Notes: generated from the letters alone by a model not told the origin. A stretch of 64,000 nucleotides of DNA from an uncultured delta proteobacterium (GCA_963752595.1 CAVVYZ010000002.1:160001-224000), one strand, 5' to 3'; counted from the first letter of the stretch, positions 32,721 through 46,762 are shown. A program made the numbers and translations.

Positions 32721-33506
32721 CTATAACAACCCTGTCGCCATGCCGGTTCCCACGAGGACGAGCATGAATCCCACGATCGCCTGCACGGTTCGGAGCGTCA
32801 CTTTCTTCATGAGCCGGCTTCCCAGGAAAGCGCCGAGGAATGCGGCTATGGTCGCTGCGATGACCAGCCTTCCTATCTCGGTGGAGAATACTCCGAGCTG
32901 CAGGGTAAAGATGCTCAGGCCGTAGACGATGAGCCGGGATATATCCACGATCACTGCAGAGACCGTGCTGGTCCCGATAAAGGCATCCCTGTCCAGCCCT
33001 GCATTCACGAGGAAGACTGCCCGCAGGGCACCCTGATTGCCTGACAGCCCGCCGAAGAAGCCTGAGATTATACCTCCCGGTACCAAATACTTTCTGCCGA
33101 ACGTCAGGTTTCCGAGCCCGGGGATGAGCTCGAAAAGCGAGAATCCGATGATGAGAACCCCGATTACGAGCTTCACGAGGGTAATGGTATGTTCAGTGCC
33201 GCTGATGGTGTACTTCACCAGAGGAGGCAAGCCGGAGAAATATCCCAGGAGCATGGCACCGGCAATAGCTGCGATTGCACCGGGGATGGCGAATTTTGCT
33301 GTGACCTTCCAGTCGGCATTCCTGCCCACGAGCACCACCTTGAATATATTGTCGGCAAGATGAACGACGGCAGTGGCGGCAACAGCCACCGGGACCGGAA
33401 AGAACAGGGCGAAGGCAGGCATGAGGATGGTCCCGAGGCCGAAGCCCGAAAACAAGGTCGTCATGGATACCAGGGCGGCTACGAAGCAGATGACCAGATA
33501 TTCCAT
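32721..33506 (-). CDS. TauE/SafE (TSUP) family transporter
   Basis: FSGFGLGTILMP and SGFFGGLSGNQGALR repeats; multi-pass hydrophobic. Confidence 0.88.
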   Translation of the reverse strand: MEYLVICFVAALVSMTTLFSGFGLGTILMPAFALFFPVPVAVAATAVVHLADNIFKVVLVGRNADWKVTAKFAIPGAIAAIAGAMLLGYFSGLPPLVKYTISGTEHTITLVKLVIGVLIIGFSLFELIPGLGNLTFGRKYLVPGGIISGFFGGLSGNQGALRAVFLVNAGLDRDAFIGTSTVSAVIVDISRLIVYGLSIFTLQLGVFSTEIGRLVIAATIAAFLGAFLGSRLMKKVTLRTVQAIVGFMLVLVGTGMATGLL

Positions 33507-33690
33507 GGATAATCCCCAATACTTTGTTGATTATGTAATAGGAATTATGAGAGATAAATCAAACGGCCGGTACACGGGATAGTATACCCCTGCTTAAGGT
33601 CAGGTGGATAATGCGGTGCGATTCTTTATAAGAATGAGAGGGTAAACGTCTGTCTGTGGATGTTCCGGATAAAAGAAAAGAGAAAGGAGT

Positions 33691-34422
33691 TTGGAGGTGG
33701 GAAAAACAGTTCTGTTTGAAGTGAAAGACGGGATAGCGGTGATAACGCTCAACCGACCTGAACGGCATAATTCTTTTTGCCGGGACCTGCTCATCAATCT
33801 GTACGATTGTCTTGATGAAGCGGCGCGTGATCCGGAGATCAGGGTTGCGATCCTGACGGGAAACGGCAAGTCGTTCTGTTCCGGGCTCGACCTGAGCGTC
33901 ATCGGCAAGGAAAATCTCCTGGACCCGCGCGGCGACGGCAAGGATATGCCGGACGTCCTGGGAAACTGCAAAAAGCCCATTATCGGGGCGGTCAACGGCA
34001 ATGCAATCACCGGCGGCTTCGAGCTTGCCCTGAACTGTGATTTTCTCATTGCCTCGGAAAATGCAAAGTTTACGGATTCCCACGCAAAGGTCGGCATCCA
34101 TCCGGGATGGGGAATGACGCAGCTCCTCCAGCAGGCAGTGGGCCGGAGGATGGCGAAACAGATGTCTTTTACCTGCAAGCCCATTTCCGCCCAGGATGCC
34201 TTCCGGCTGGGCCTGGTGAACGAGGTGGTCCCGCTTGCCGAGCTGATGCCCAGGGCCATGCAGATCGCGCAGGATATCTGCGCCGTGAATCCGGAGATCT
34301 TAAACAAGATGAAAACGTTGATCGAGCTGCGTGACGAGGTTTCCTTCGATGAAGCATTCCGGCGCGAGCGGGAAGGGTTCCAAGGCTTCATCGGGAAGGC
34401 GCAGGCGCTCTTCGGTAAATAA
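33691..34422 (+). CDS. Enoyl-CoA hydratase/isomerase family protein
   Basis: ITLNRPE, FCSGLDL, AVNGNAITGGFELALNCD. Confidence 0.93.
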   Translation: MEVGKTVLFEVKDGIAVITLNRPERHNSFCRDLLINLYDCLDEAARDPEIRVAILTGNGKSFCSGLDLSVIGKENLLDPRGDGKDMPDVLGNCKKPIIGAVNGNAITGGFELALNCDFLIASENAKFTDSHAKVGIHPGWGMTQLLQQAVGRRMAKQMSFTCKPISAQDAFRLGLVNEVVPLAELMPRAMQIAQDICAVNPEILNKMKTLIELRDEVSFDEAFRREREGFQGFIGKAQALFGK

Positions 34423-34515
34423 GGCTCTTCAAACCGGCATCATACCGGCAGACTGTCCGGTCATTGGTTATCCGGGGCCGGAGGGGAGATGCTTACAAGC
34501 GGAGGTTCGGTGTCT

Positions 34516-34944
34516 ATGGGTGAAGTAATAGAGCTCCTGGGGTGGATCATTGCAGCAGGGGTGCTGGGTGCGGCCTCTACATTCTTCCTCAAACAGATCG
34601 GCAGGGACTACGTGAAGAATCTACCCAAGAAATATGCCGAGTTCGCAGATTCGTACCGGAATTTCATGAAATTCATGATCAGAAGGCACCGGTACTTCGG
34701 CCTTGCCTCGCTCTCGATCTTACCCGTTCATGCCGTTTTCGTCATATCGCAGTCCGTGCTTTCCCTGACCGGGCTCATAGCGGCCTGCGCCCTGCCGGCG
34801 ACAGCGGCATTCGGGATATACGGATTTTATTTTAAAAAGAATATGCGCTCCGGCTGGCTGCCTCTCCATCGGACCTTCGGATCTCTCCTTTTCCTGGCTG
34901 CGATCGTTCACATCTTTTTTAAGGGATACTTTTTTCTTAAATAA
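34516..34944 (+). CDS. Small membrane protein with His residues in its TM helices
   Basis: GGAGG RBS; about four TM segments with HRYFG, PVH, LHR and VH. Confidence 0.65.
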   Translation: MGEVIELLGWIIAAGVLGAASTFFLKQIGRDYVKNLPKKYAEFADSYRNFMKFMIRRHRYFGLASLSILPVHAVFVISQSVLSLTGLIAACALPATAAFGIYGFYFKKNMRSGWLPLHRTFGSLLFLAAIVHIFFKGYFFLK

Positions 34945-35126
34945 TGTTCTTTTATTGAAAGAGGTTGAACCGAAAAAAAGCATAGCAAAACACCGATGGT
35001 TTTTTTTACCTCGATATGGCTGTCAACCCTATGAAAATCCGCGGAATATCGACCAATCACTCTGTTGACACCGTACAATATATATGATCTAGATGGAGGT
35101 TATCAATCCTTTAAGGGGGATAAGAA

Positions 35127-35357
35127 ATGGAAGAGAATGATTTGCAGCTCATTCGAAGGCTCATTCCCAAGAACAAGGAGCTGAAAGGGCTTTGGGATGA
35201 GCACCTCGAATATGAAGAAAAGCTTGATCAGTTGAATAAGCGGAGATACTTGAGCACCGAGGAAGAGATCCGGCGAAAGGAACTCCAGAAACTCAAGCTC
35301 AAGGGCAAGGACAAGATAGAGGAGATCCTGCGCAGATACCGGATCGTGAGTTCCTAG
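35127..35357 (+). CDS. DUF465/YdcH family protein
   Basis: EH..YEE..LS.EEE...KLKLKGKD pattern; position before ilvB. Confidence 0.8.
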   Translation: MEENDLQLIRRLIPKNKELKGLWDEHLEYEEKLDQLNKRRYLSTEEEIRRKELQKLKLKGKDKIEEILRRYRIVSS

Positions 35358-35396
35358 ACAGATCTGTACTGACGTATACTGGATTGAGGTAATGAA

Positions 35397-37103
35397 ATGA
35401 AGAAGATATCGGGGGCTCAGGCATTTATAGAAGCACTACGAAATGAAGGCGTCAAGGATGTTTTCGGGTATCCCGGCGGGGCGGTTCTCGACATTTTCGA
35501 TGCCATCATGGATGCACGACGACATCCAGTTTATTCTCTCACGGCATGAACAGGGTGCGGTCCATGCCGCTGACGGATATGCGCGTGCAACGGGAAGGTA
35601 GGCGTATGCCTCGTGACCTCCGGGCCCGGCGCCACGAACACGGTTACCGGCATTGCCACCGCCTGCATGGATTCCATCCCCATCGTGGTTTTTACCGGCC
35701 AGGTTTCCACGAACCTCATCGGGAACGACGCCTTCCAGGAGGCGGATATCGTAGGGATCACCCGGCCGTGCACCAAGCACAACTACCTGGTAAAGGACGT
35801 CGAGGACCTGGCCAGGGTCATCAAGGAGGCGTTCTACATCGCCCGGACCGGACAGGCCGGGGCCGGTGCTCGTGGACATCCCCAAGGACGTCCAGAAGAG
35901 CATGGTCAATTTCAAGTACCCGGAAAAGGTACGGCTGGAAAGCTACAATCCGACCTACAAGGGCCATGTCGGGCAGATCAAGCGGATCTTGAGCGTGATC
36001 CTCAAGAGCAGGCGGCCCGTCATCTATGCAGGCGGGGGGGTCGTCCTTTCGAACAGCTCGGAGGAGCTCACCGCCTTTGCCGGGAAGCATGCAGATCCCG
36101 GTGACCACAACCCTCATGGGCATGGGCGTTTTCCCGTCGGGCGACCCGCTTTCGCTCGGCATGCTCGGCATGCACGGCACCTATGCCGCGAACATGGCGG
36201 TCACGAATGCGGACTGTCTCATCGCCATGGGCGCGCGCTTCGACGACCGGGTGACCGGCAAGGTCGATGAGTTCGCGCCCAAGGCCAAGATCATCCATAT
36301 CGACATCGACCCGACTTCCATCAGCAAGAACGTGCAGGTGGACCTCCCCATCGTGGGGGACTGCAAGATGGTGCTCCAGGGCATGCTTGCACGAGCTCGA
36401 CGCGCAAAGGAGGCGAGATCTCGGAGCTGCACTCGCAGATCGGCCCGTGGCTCGACAGGTCGATACCTGGAAGAAGGAGCAGCCCCTGAGGTATGCCAGG
36501 GCGACGTATCATCAAGCCCCAGTACGTCATCGAGAAGATCGACGAGATCGCCCCCGACGACACCATCATCTCCACCGAGGTCGGCCAGAACCAGATGTGG
36601 ACCGCCCAGTTCTACAAATTCAAGGAGCCGAGGCTCTTCCTCACATCCGGAGGGCTCGGGACCATGGGCTACGGCTTCCCGGCAGCCATCGGGGCCCAGG
36701 TGGCATTCCCGGGCCGCACGGTCATCGACATCGCAGGCGACGGATCGATCCAGATGAATATCCAGGAGATCGCCACGGCCGTGCAGTACAAGCTCCCGGT
36801 CAAGGTGATGATCCTCAACAACGGATACCTCGGCATGGTGCGCCAGTGGCAGGCACTGTTCTACAAGAGGCCGCTATTCCCATACCTCCATGGCCGTCTC
36901 CCCGGATTTCGTGAAGCTGGCCGAGGCCTACGGCGCCCAGCGGGATCAGGGTCGAGAAAGCCCTCGATGGTCAAGGATGCCATCACGCCGAGGCCCTCGA
37001 GATCAAGGGGCCGGTGTTCGTGGACTTCGTGGTGGATCCGGAAGAAGACGTGTACCCCATGGTGCCTGCCGGGGCACCCATCAACAACATGCTTCTCGTA
37101 TGA
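35397..37103 (+). CDS. ilvB: Acetolactate synthase large subunit; many frameshifts
   Basis: [54 protein letters not shown] recovered across frames. Confidence 0.92.
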
Positions 37104-37114
37104 GGAATGATCCT

Positions 37115-39244
<2,130 letters not shown>

Positions 39245-39248
<4 letters not shown>

Positions 39249-40037
39249 ACAGAAGATCCAGGCACAAGAGTGCGGAATAAGAAGCGCACGGTACCGTTTC
39301 TGCCCAATTTCATCACCACCATGAGCCTGTTCTGCGGCTTTTATTCGATATCGTTCTCCCTGAAAGGGAAATTCGGCATGGCGGCCGTCCTCATTCTCAT
39401 ATCCGGTTTCATCGACGGGATCGACGGCAGGGTAGCCAGGGCCACCAATTCAGTGTCTCGCCTTCGGCAAGGAGTACGATTCTCTGTCCGACCTGGTGGC
39501 ATTCGGCGTAGCGCCTGCCCTTATGGCCTATCTCTGGCAGGTCAATCAGTTCGGCACGCTTAGGCTTCATCGCGAGCTTCCTGTTCGTGGCCTGCGGCGC
39601 ACTCCGGCTTGCCCGGTTCAACACCGATACGTCGGACGACAATACCGACTTTCACCGGCCTTCCCATCCCCATGGCCGCTGCAGCGGTCTGCGGCATCGT
39701 GCTCTTTTCCGGTATCGTCGGATACATACCTCCCGTCCTTATCCTGGTGGGCATGTACGTTCTGTCTTTCCTCATGGTGAGCACGGTCCGGTATCCCAGC
39801 TTCAAGCATATCACGTACATCAAGGCCCATCCCTTCCAGCTTCTGGTTGCAGGCCTCCTGGTTCTCGTGGTCGTTGCACTGCAGCCCGAGGTGATGATTT
39901 TTGCACTGAGCATGGTATTCATCATCGGCGGCGTGATCTGGAACGGGGCCATGCAAGTCCGTGAGCATCTGCAGGAGAAGAAGCGCATGAAAGAGACATC
40001 ACACGAACACGCCGCACGGGAGGATCACCCTCTGTGA
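39245..40037 (+). CDS. pssA: CDP-diacylglycerol--serine O-phosphatidyltransferase; frameshifted
   Basis: LPNFIT, DGIDGRVAR, FGVAPA, CGALRLARFN, FTGLPIP. Confidence 0.9.
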
Positions 40038-40198
40038 TGCCATGCTTCAAGGAGGCACACGAAAACAGTGCTTCCGGTTGAGAGCACGAGCACGGATGTC
40101 CGTGAAAAGGTACCCGCCGAAAAAACAGCACGATTTTTCTCTGCCGGCTTAAAAACCAGACGAACGTCCCTAGTCTGTAAACAGGAGGAAATACGACA

Positions 40199-41467
40199 TT
40201 GGGAATGACCATAGCTGAAAAGATACTCGCAGCCCATACGGATGCGAGGGGAATCAAACCGGGCGATATCATCAAGGTGAACGTCGATGTCGCATTGTCG
40301 AACGACATCACGGCACCTATCGCCATCAAGGAATTCGAGGCGAAGTCCAAAGGGAAGCTAGCCGATCCCGACAAGATCGTTTTCGTCCTCGATCACTTCA
40401 CGCCGAACAAGGACATCGCTTCGGCCAACCAGTGCAAGATGGTCAGGGACTTCGCCGGGAAGCACGGGTATAAGAATTTCTTCGACGGCGGCGAGGCCGG
40501 GGTCGAGCATGCCCTGCTTCCCGAGAAGGGGCTCGTCGTGCCCGGCGACATGTCATCGGTGCGGACAGCCACACCTGCACCTACGGCGCACTGGGTGCAT
40601 TCGCCACCGGCGTGGGAAGCACCGACCTGGCCGCGGCCATGCTGACTGCCCAGGCCTGGATGAAGGTGCCCGAGAGCATGAAGTTCATCTTCAACGGCGA
40701 GCTCCTCCCGTGGGTCGGCGGCAAGGACCTCATCCTCTACCTCATCGGGAAAATCGGCGTGGACGGCGGCGCTCTACCGCGTGCATCGAGATCGAGGGCC
40801 CGGCAATAGCCTCCCTCGATGTCAGCAACCGCCTGACCATCTCGAACATGGCCATCGAGGCAGGCGCCAAGGCGGGCATCATCGCGGCGGACGAGAAGAC
40901 CGTAAGCCTATGTGAAGGACAGGGCCATAGGCCCTACACGGTATATGAGAGCGACCCGGATGCCGCTATGAGTCGATCACCGAGTTTGACTGTGCGGATA
41001 TCGAGCCCCAGGTGGCGTTCCCGCATCTGCCCGAGAATGCCAAGGCATCAGCGAGGCGGGCGAGGTGACGGATCGACCAGGTGGTCATCGGCTCCTGCAC
41101 GAACGGGAGGATCGAAGACTTGCGCGTTGCAGCCGGAATCATGAAAGGCCGGAAGGTCGCCAAAGGCCTGCGCTGCATCGTCCTGCCCGCAACGCCCGCG
41201 GTGTTTCTGCCAGGCAGAAGGGGAAGGGCCTCATCAGGATCTTCCTGAAGTCGGGGGCCATCGTCGGCCCGCCGACCTGCGGGCCGTGCCTCGGCGGGCA
41301 CATGGGCATACTCGCCAAGGGCGAAAAGGCCCTGGCCACTACGAACCGCAATTTCGTGGGCCGGATGGGCGACCCGGCAAGCGAGGTCTACCTGGCAGGT
41401 CCGGCTGTGGCTGCCGCTTCGGCCGTTACCGGCAAGATATCGTCGCCCGAGGAGGTGGCTGTCATGA
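40199..41467 (+). CDS. leuC: 3-isopropylmalate dehydratase large subunit; frameshifted
   Basis: [38 protein letters not shown]. Confidence 0.92.
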
Positions 41468-41959
41468 AATTTCACGGACGAGCCTTCCGCTTTGGAAACG
41501 ACGTGGACACCGATGCCATCATCCCGGCACGCTACCTGAACATGTCCGAGCCCGAGCACCTGGGAAAGCACTGCATGGAAGATGCGGACCCGGGTTTCCC
41601 ATCAAAGGTTCGGCCAGGCGACATCATCGTGGCGGGCAAGAACTTCGGGTGCGGCTCATCCCGGGAGCATGCCCCCATCGCCATCAAGGCCTGCGGCGTG
41701 AGCTGCGTGATCGCATCGAGCTTTGCCCGGATCTTTTTCCGGAACAGCTTCAACATGGGCTTGCCCATCTTCGAGTCCGACGAGGCATCGAGCGAGATCA
41801 ACGGAAGGCGACATCGTTGAGGTCGATGCCTCCACCGGCGTCATCCGCGACCTCACGACCGGGAAGCAGTACACGGCCAGGCCCATCCCTGCCTTCATGC
41901 AGCAGCTCATCGAGGACGGCGGACTCATGGAGCACATCCGGAAAAGAGGCGGGATCTAG
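41464..41959 (+). CDS. leuD: 3-isopropylmalate dehydratase small subunit; frameshift near 41805
   Basis: [33 protein letters not shown]. Confidence 0.93.
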
Positions 41960-42024
41960 AGCACGGCGGCAGTGCGTTTGAGAATATCCATCACTGTTTT
42001 TATTATTATGGAAAAAGGAATATC

Positions 42025-43035
42025 ATGGCATCAGCTTATCGAATAGCTGTCGTGGGAGCTACAACGGCAGCGGGAAATGAAGTCGTACGGATTCTCGAAG
42101 AACGGAACTTTCCGGTCAAGGACATCGTGCCCCTGGAGAGGAAAGGCTCGATAGGGGAGAGCGTTCAGTTCATGGATCAGGAGATACCGGCGAGGCATCT
42201 GGATGAAAAATCATTCAACGGCATCGATATCGCCATATTCACCGCCGGGAGCAAGGCAAGCGAGGAGTATGCCCGGCCGGCGGCAGCAAAGGGCTCCGTG
42301 GTGATCGATACCTCCGAGGCGTTCCGCATGGAAAAAGACGTGCCTCTTGTCGTCCCTGAAATCAATGCACACAGGATGGCCGGGCACAGGGGCATCATCG
42401 CCTGCCCGGGGGCTTCCGCTATCCAGCTGGCCCTGGTCCTCTATCCGATCCACAAGAAGGTAGGCATCAGAAGGATTATCCTCTCTACGTACCAGGCTGT
42501 CTCGGATGCGGGAGAAGGGGCCATGAACGAGCTCACCGAACAGATCGCGGATCTGTTCAACTTCCGTGAAACCCAGTCATCGGTATTCCAGCACCAGATA
42601 GCCTTCGATGCCATCCCGCAGGTGGGCAGCTTCCTCGATAACGCCTACACCACAGAGGAAATGCAGATCGCCGAAGAGACGAAAAAGATCATGGATGCCG
42701 ATAAGATCAGGATCTGCGCGACAACGGTCCACGTGCCGCTGTTCTTTTCCCATTCCCAGTCGGTGAACATCGAGACCATACGGAAGATATCTCCTGACCA
42801 GGTCAGAACCGTCCTGAAAGGCTCCCCGGGGATCAGTATCGAGGATGATCCTTCAGCCGGCACGTACCCGCTCGCGGTCTATGCAACCGGCAAGGATGAA
42901 TGCTTGGTGGGGAGGGTCCGGGAAGACCTCTCTGCGGAAAACGGCATCGTCCTGTGGACCGCCATGGACAACGTCCGCAAAGGAGCGGCCCTCAACGCAG
43001 TCCAGATAGCCGAGCATGTGATCTCCCCGGTTTGA
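42025..43035 (+). CDS. Aspartate-semialdehyde dehydrogenase-like protein with degenerate active site
   Basis: Asd fold motifs VPLVVPEIN, STYQAVS and DNVRKGAALNAVQIAE, but CPGAS in place of NPNCS. Confidence 0.85.
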   Translation: MASAYRIAVVGATTAAGNEVVRILEERNFPVKDIVPLERKGSIGESVQFMDQEIPARHLDEKSFNGIDIAIFTAGSKASEEYARPAAAKGSVVIDTSEAFRMEKDVPLVVPEINAHRMAGHRGIIACPGASAIQLALVLYPIHKKVGIRRIILSTYQAVSDAGEGAMNELTEQIADLFNFRETQSSVFQHQIAFDAIPQVGSFLDNAYTTEEMQIAEETKKIMDADKIRICATTVHVPLFFSHSQSVNIETIRKISPDQVRTVLKGSPGISIEDDPSAGTYPLAVYATGKDECLVGRVREDLSAENGIVLWTAMDNVRKGAALNAVQIAEHVISPV

Positions 43036-43109
43036 TGCATCCGGCGGAGCAGCTTTATCGTATGAACGGCAAGAGGCAGAAATTAACCATATGTGAATAG
43101 TGAGGAGCT

Positions 43110-43888
43110 ATGAAAGCGACCCTTGGCCAGTACCTGCCCGGAGATTCGGTTGTCCATGAGGCAGACCCCAGGGTAAAGCTCTTCCTCATGGCGCTCTGGG
43201 ATCGGAGCGGCCTTCCAGATCGATACCGTTGCCGGCCTTGTCCTGTTCTTCCTCTTGTGCAGTGCCTTGAGCATGGCTTCCCGCATTTCCTTCAAACGGC
43301 TGATGGCAGGACTTGCCCCTTTTCTCTGGCTCTTTGCCATCACTGCCGTCCTCCACGTATTCATGACGCCCGGGGACCCCGTTGCATGGATTCCCTACGC
43401 CACGCGGCAGGGCCTGGAGAACGGGGGAAAGGTCGGGTTCCAGCTCATTTCCGCAATCTGGCTCTCTACGCTCATGACACTCACCACCTCTCCCCTTGAA
43501 ATGGTCTGGGCCATGGAGTGGTATATGAAGCCGCTCAAATACCTCAAGGTTCCGGTCGATGAGATTGCCCTGCTCATCATGCTGGCCATCCGTTTCATCC
43601 CGCTTTTGTTCGAAGAGACGGACCGCATCCTGAAGGCGCAGAAGGCGAGGGGTGTGGATATCGAATCCGGAGGATTGCTGCGGAAGGTGCGCTCCCTGGT
43701 GCCGATCCTCGTGCCTTTGCTCCACAGCGTATTCAGGCGCGCAGACGACCTTGCCATAGCACTCACGCTCCGCGGATACGACCCCGGGGATCGAGAGATC
43801 CAGGATGAAACAGGCGCACGCGAAAGGCGGCGATTACGCGTCGCTGGTCGTAATAACCGTAATTTTTGTGGCCCTGATCCGTCTCTAG
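43110..43888 (+). CDS. ECF transporter transmembrane component T; frameshifted
   Basis: GQYLPGDS..H..DPRVK, AIRFIP, AQKARG, LRGY. Confidence 0.88.
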
Positions 43889-43993
43889 CCGTTCTCTCCA
43901 GTGGATATCGAACAAGCCGGGAATTGCAGAGAACGGGTGAATAAGCCGCCGGTTACTATTGACATGATCCTGCCATGCTATAACATATGAATC

Positions 43994-45439
43994 ATGGATA
44001 CTCCATTGCCGAGCTATAAAACCAAGATCGTATGCACCATCGGCCCTGCCTCCCGGGATAAAGACGTGCTCAAGCAGCTCATCGGTTCCGGTATGAACGT
44101 GGCGAGGCTCAATTTCAGCCATGGCGATCCCGAAGACCACCGGAAGGATATCCTGGCCATCAGAGAGATATCAAAAGAGCTGAAAAAGAACGTGGCTGTC
44201 CTGGCCGACCTGCCCGGCCCGAAAATCAGGATCGGCAACCTCAAGGGAGGATCATGCAGCTTAAGGAAGGGAGATCGTGTGGTGCTTACCATACGGGAGG
44301 TCGAGGGAACCTCCTCGTTTATTCCGGTGCAGTTCGAAGAATTCCCTGAATGCGTGAATATCGGCGACAGGGTATTCCTGAATGACGGCTTCATCGAGCT
44401 CAAAGCCATACAGAAAACCGGAAAGGACGTCATCTGCGATGTGATTATCGGCGGGACACTGCTGTCGAAGAAAGGGATGAACCTCCCGGATTCTCACGTT
44501 ACGGCTGTGGCGGTGACGGAAAGGGACCTGGAACTCCTGGCCTTCGGCATGGAGCAGGGCGTGGACATGTTCGGCCTGTCCTTTGTAGGCAGCCGGGACG
44601 ATGTGGAGAAGGTCAGGGCATTCGCTAAGAAAAAGGGCGGTGAGATCTTTATCGTTTCCAAGATCGAGCGTAGCGATGCCCTGGAGAACATCGACGGGAT
44701 CATCGAGGCTTCCGACGGCATCATGGTGGCTCGGGGCGACCTCGGTGTGGAGATTGCCATCGAGGAAGTTCCCATCGTGCAGAAGCAGCTCATCCTCAAG
44801 GCGAACATGGCATCGAAACCGGTTATCACCGCTACCCAGATGCTCGAATCCATGACCGCCAATACCCGGCCCACGCGTGCCGAGGTCACCGATGCGGCCA
44901 ATGCCATCTTTGACGGCACGGATGCTGTCATGCTTTCAGAGGAGACAGCCATCGGCATATATCCCCTAGAAGCGTTTGCCATGCTCGCAAAGATCGCCAT
45001 GACAGCCGAGGCCAGGAGGTCGACCGTGGTTTCGGGCACGGTCGTACCGGATACGATCCTGCGAACCATTGAGCTCTCGGGTTGCTCGGTTGAGGATACC
45101 CTTTCCCTGAATGTCATCAGGTCGGCCGTCTCGCTGGGCATCCGTTCCGTGGTGGTCCCTACCCGGAGCGGTCTCACTGCCCGGAGGATTTCCCGGCTCA
45201 AAGGTGATGCATGGGTCCTTGCCTTATGCAGAGACAGCGGTGCGTTGAGGTCTTTATGCCTCTCGTACGGAGTTCATCCGATCCCCAGAGGAGACCTCTC
45301 CTCGGATGAGGATATCATAATACACCTCCGTGCCCTGGGTCTCATCGGTTCGCAGGAGGCAGTCATCCTGGTAAGGAGCGACCCGTGCATGAACCTGGGC
45401 ACTGCAAATACCATGCGGATCATCACCCCGGGGCCTTAG
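43994..45439 (+). CDS. pyk: Pyruvate kinase
   Basis: KTKIVCTIGPAS, ARLNFSHG, MVARGDLG, ATQMLESM. Confidence 0.97.
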   Translation: MDTPLPSYKTKIVCTIGPASRDKDVLKQLIGSGMNVARLNFSHGDPEDHRKDILAIREISKELKKNVAVLADLPGPKIRIGNLKGGSCSLRKGDRVVLTIREVEGTSSFIPVQFEEFPECVNIGDRVFLNDGFIELKAIQKTGKDVICDVIIGGTLLSKKGMNLPDSHVTAVAVTERDLELLAFGMEQGVDMFGLSFVGSRDDVEKVRAFAKKKGGEIFIVSKIERSDALENIDGIIEASDGIMVARGDLGVEIAIEEVPIVQKQLILKANMASKPVITATQMLESMTANTRPTRAEVTDAANAIFDGTDAVMLSEETAIGIYPLEAFAMLAKIAMTAEARRSTVVSGTVVPDTILRTIELSGCSVEDTLSLNVIRSAVSLGIRSVVVPTRSGLTARRISRLKGDAWVLALCRDSGALRSLCLSYGVHPIPRGDLSSDEDIIIHLRALGLIGSQEAVILVRSDPCMNLGTANTMRIITPGP

Positions 45440-45629
45440 GAATACTCCTTTAAGAAGAGCCGGGGACAAGCCTCCCTGACTATGCCTGCCCTTATGCTGC
45501 CTTTGGGATACTTCACAAGAAGAAACTTCTGCAAAAAACCTCTTACGGGAGTATGCCCTGCAGGCATACGATAGTGTTTGTAAGAGCTATGAAATTTAGG
45601 TATAAAGATATCTACACATAATGTGCCGC

Positions 45630-45663
45630 AAGGTTCTTTAATAGGGAAGGTTCTTTAATAGGG
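45630..45663 (+). repeat. Perfect 17-bp tandem duplication
   Basis: AAGGTTCTTTAATAGGG twice, directly before the GGGGAGG RBS. Confidence 0.9.
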
Positions 45664-45672
45664 GAGGTTTAG

Positions 45673-46122
45673 GTGTCCGAAGGATTGGATATTCTCATAA
45701 TCGATGACGAAAAAAATGTGTGTGAAGTTTTATCCGAGCACATCGAGAAATTTTACACCTGGGGAGATATCACTACCTGTACCGACGTAGACAGGGCAAT
45801 CTCCTACTGCAGGAGCCGGAACGGCGGCATCATGATCTTTGTCCTGGATGTTTTTGTGGGGCAGAACAACGGGTTCTATTTCCTGGATGCCATTGCGGAC
45901 AAGTATCCCAATGCCTACCACGATACGATCATGATCACGGGCAATGCCAACGACGATATCGTGGACATGTGCGTGGCATCGGGAGTGAATCATCTCCTGG
46001 AAAAGCCCGTGAAGCCCTATGCGCTGCAGCTCGCCGTACGGGCGATCGTATCGAAGTATCTCAAGTTCGCCAAGATGCTCCTGAACGACCCTGAGTTCGC
46101 CGAGCATATCGAGAGGATCTGA
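45673..46122 (+). CDS. Single-domain response regulator
   Basis: IIDDE, VLD phosphoacceptor, MITG, EKP. Confidence 0.88.
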   Translation: MSEGLDILIIDDEKNVCEVLSEHIEKFYTWGDITTCTDVDRAISYCRSRNGGIMIFVLDVFVGQNNGFYFLDAIADKYPNAYHDTIMITGNANDDIVDMCVASGVNHLLEKPVKPYALQLAVRAIVSKYLKFAKMLLNDPEFAEHIERI

Positions 46123-46249
46123 TGCGTATCCGGCATAATGAGGAGAGACTCAGTCCGTTTCCCCCCCGATGGTGCGGCTCTTGCCTGTCCGGGTAATTCT
46201 TACGGGCGATGCGGCAGGGATGAAGACCGGCAAAGTCAGTCTGCTGGCG

Positions 46250-46642
46250 CTAAGAGCCGCCTTCTTGATTGCAGATATGCTGCCAGAGCTCGTAATCGGA
46301 TACCTTGGTGATGATCACGGCCATCTCTTTCCCCTTTGAATCGAAGCGGATTACATCTCCCCACAGGGTCAGCGAAGGCTTTGAGAGGTGCACTTTGATG
46401 GACTTGCCCACAAGGGTATGGGCTTTGGCAGGCGTGAACCGGTTCTCCGGATCGCTGGGCACGGATGTGAACTTCAGGCAGAACCCTCCCCAACTGATAT
46501 CTTTCGTCTGGGCTATGAGCCGGATATCCTTGTCTTTTGTGGCCAGGCTCAGGGTAGGCCTTTCTTGATCTTCGAGATTGATGTTGATCATGGCCTTGAT
46601 TTTTTGCTGCTTTCGGGGATATTCTCTTTTGATATCATCCAT
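46250..46642 (-). CDS. PilZ domain protein
   Basis: REYPR and DISWGG; real start inferred at 46642. Confidence 0.75.
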   Translation of the reverse strand: MDDIKREYPRKQQKIKAMININLEDQERPTLSLATKDKDIRLIAQTKDISWGGFCLKFTSVPSDPENRFTPAKAHTLVGKSIKVHLSKPSLTLWGDVIRFDSKGKEMAVIITKVSDYELWQHICNQEGGS

Positions 46643-46762
46643 AACACCATCCTGCTGATGACCATTTTTATCTATTATAGCAATTTTGTTGAAATTTGCA
46701 ATCAAGCTTGAATGTCTTTGTTTTTGTAGGTAAATAAGCAGGTATGTGATAAGGAGCATTTC

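Noticed and set aside
41065-41820. Apparent in-frame LeuC-LeuD fusion
   Set aside because: Removing one base gives the usual overlapping ATGA stop/start after a GAGGAGG RBS, and the region is full of indel errors
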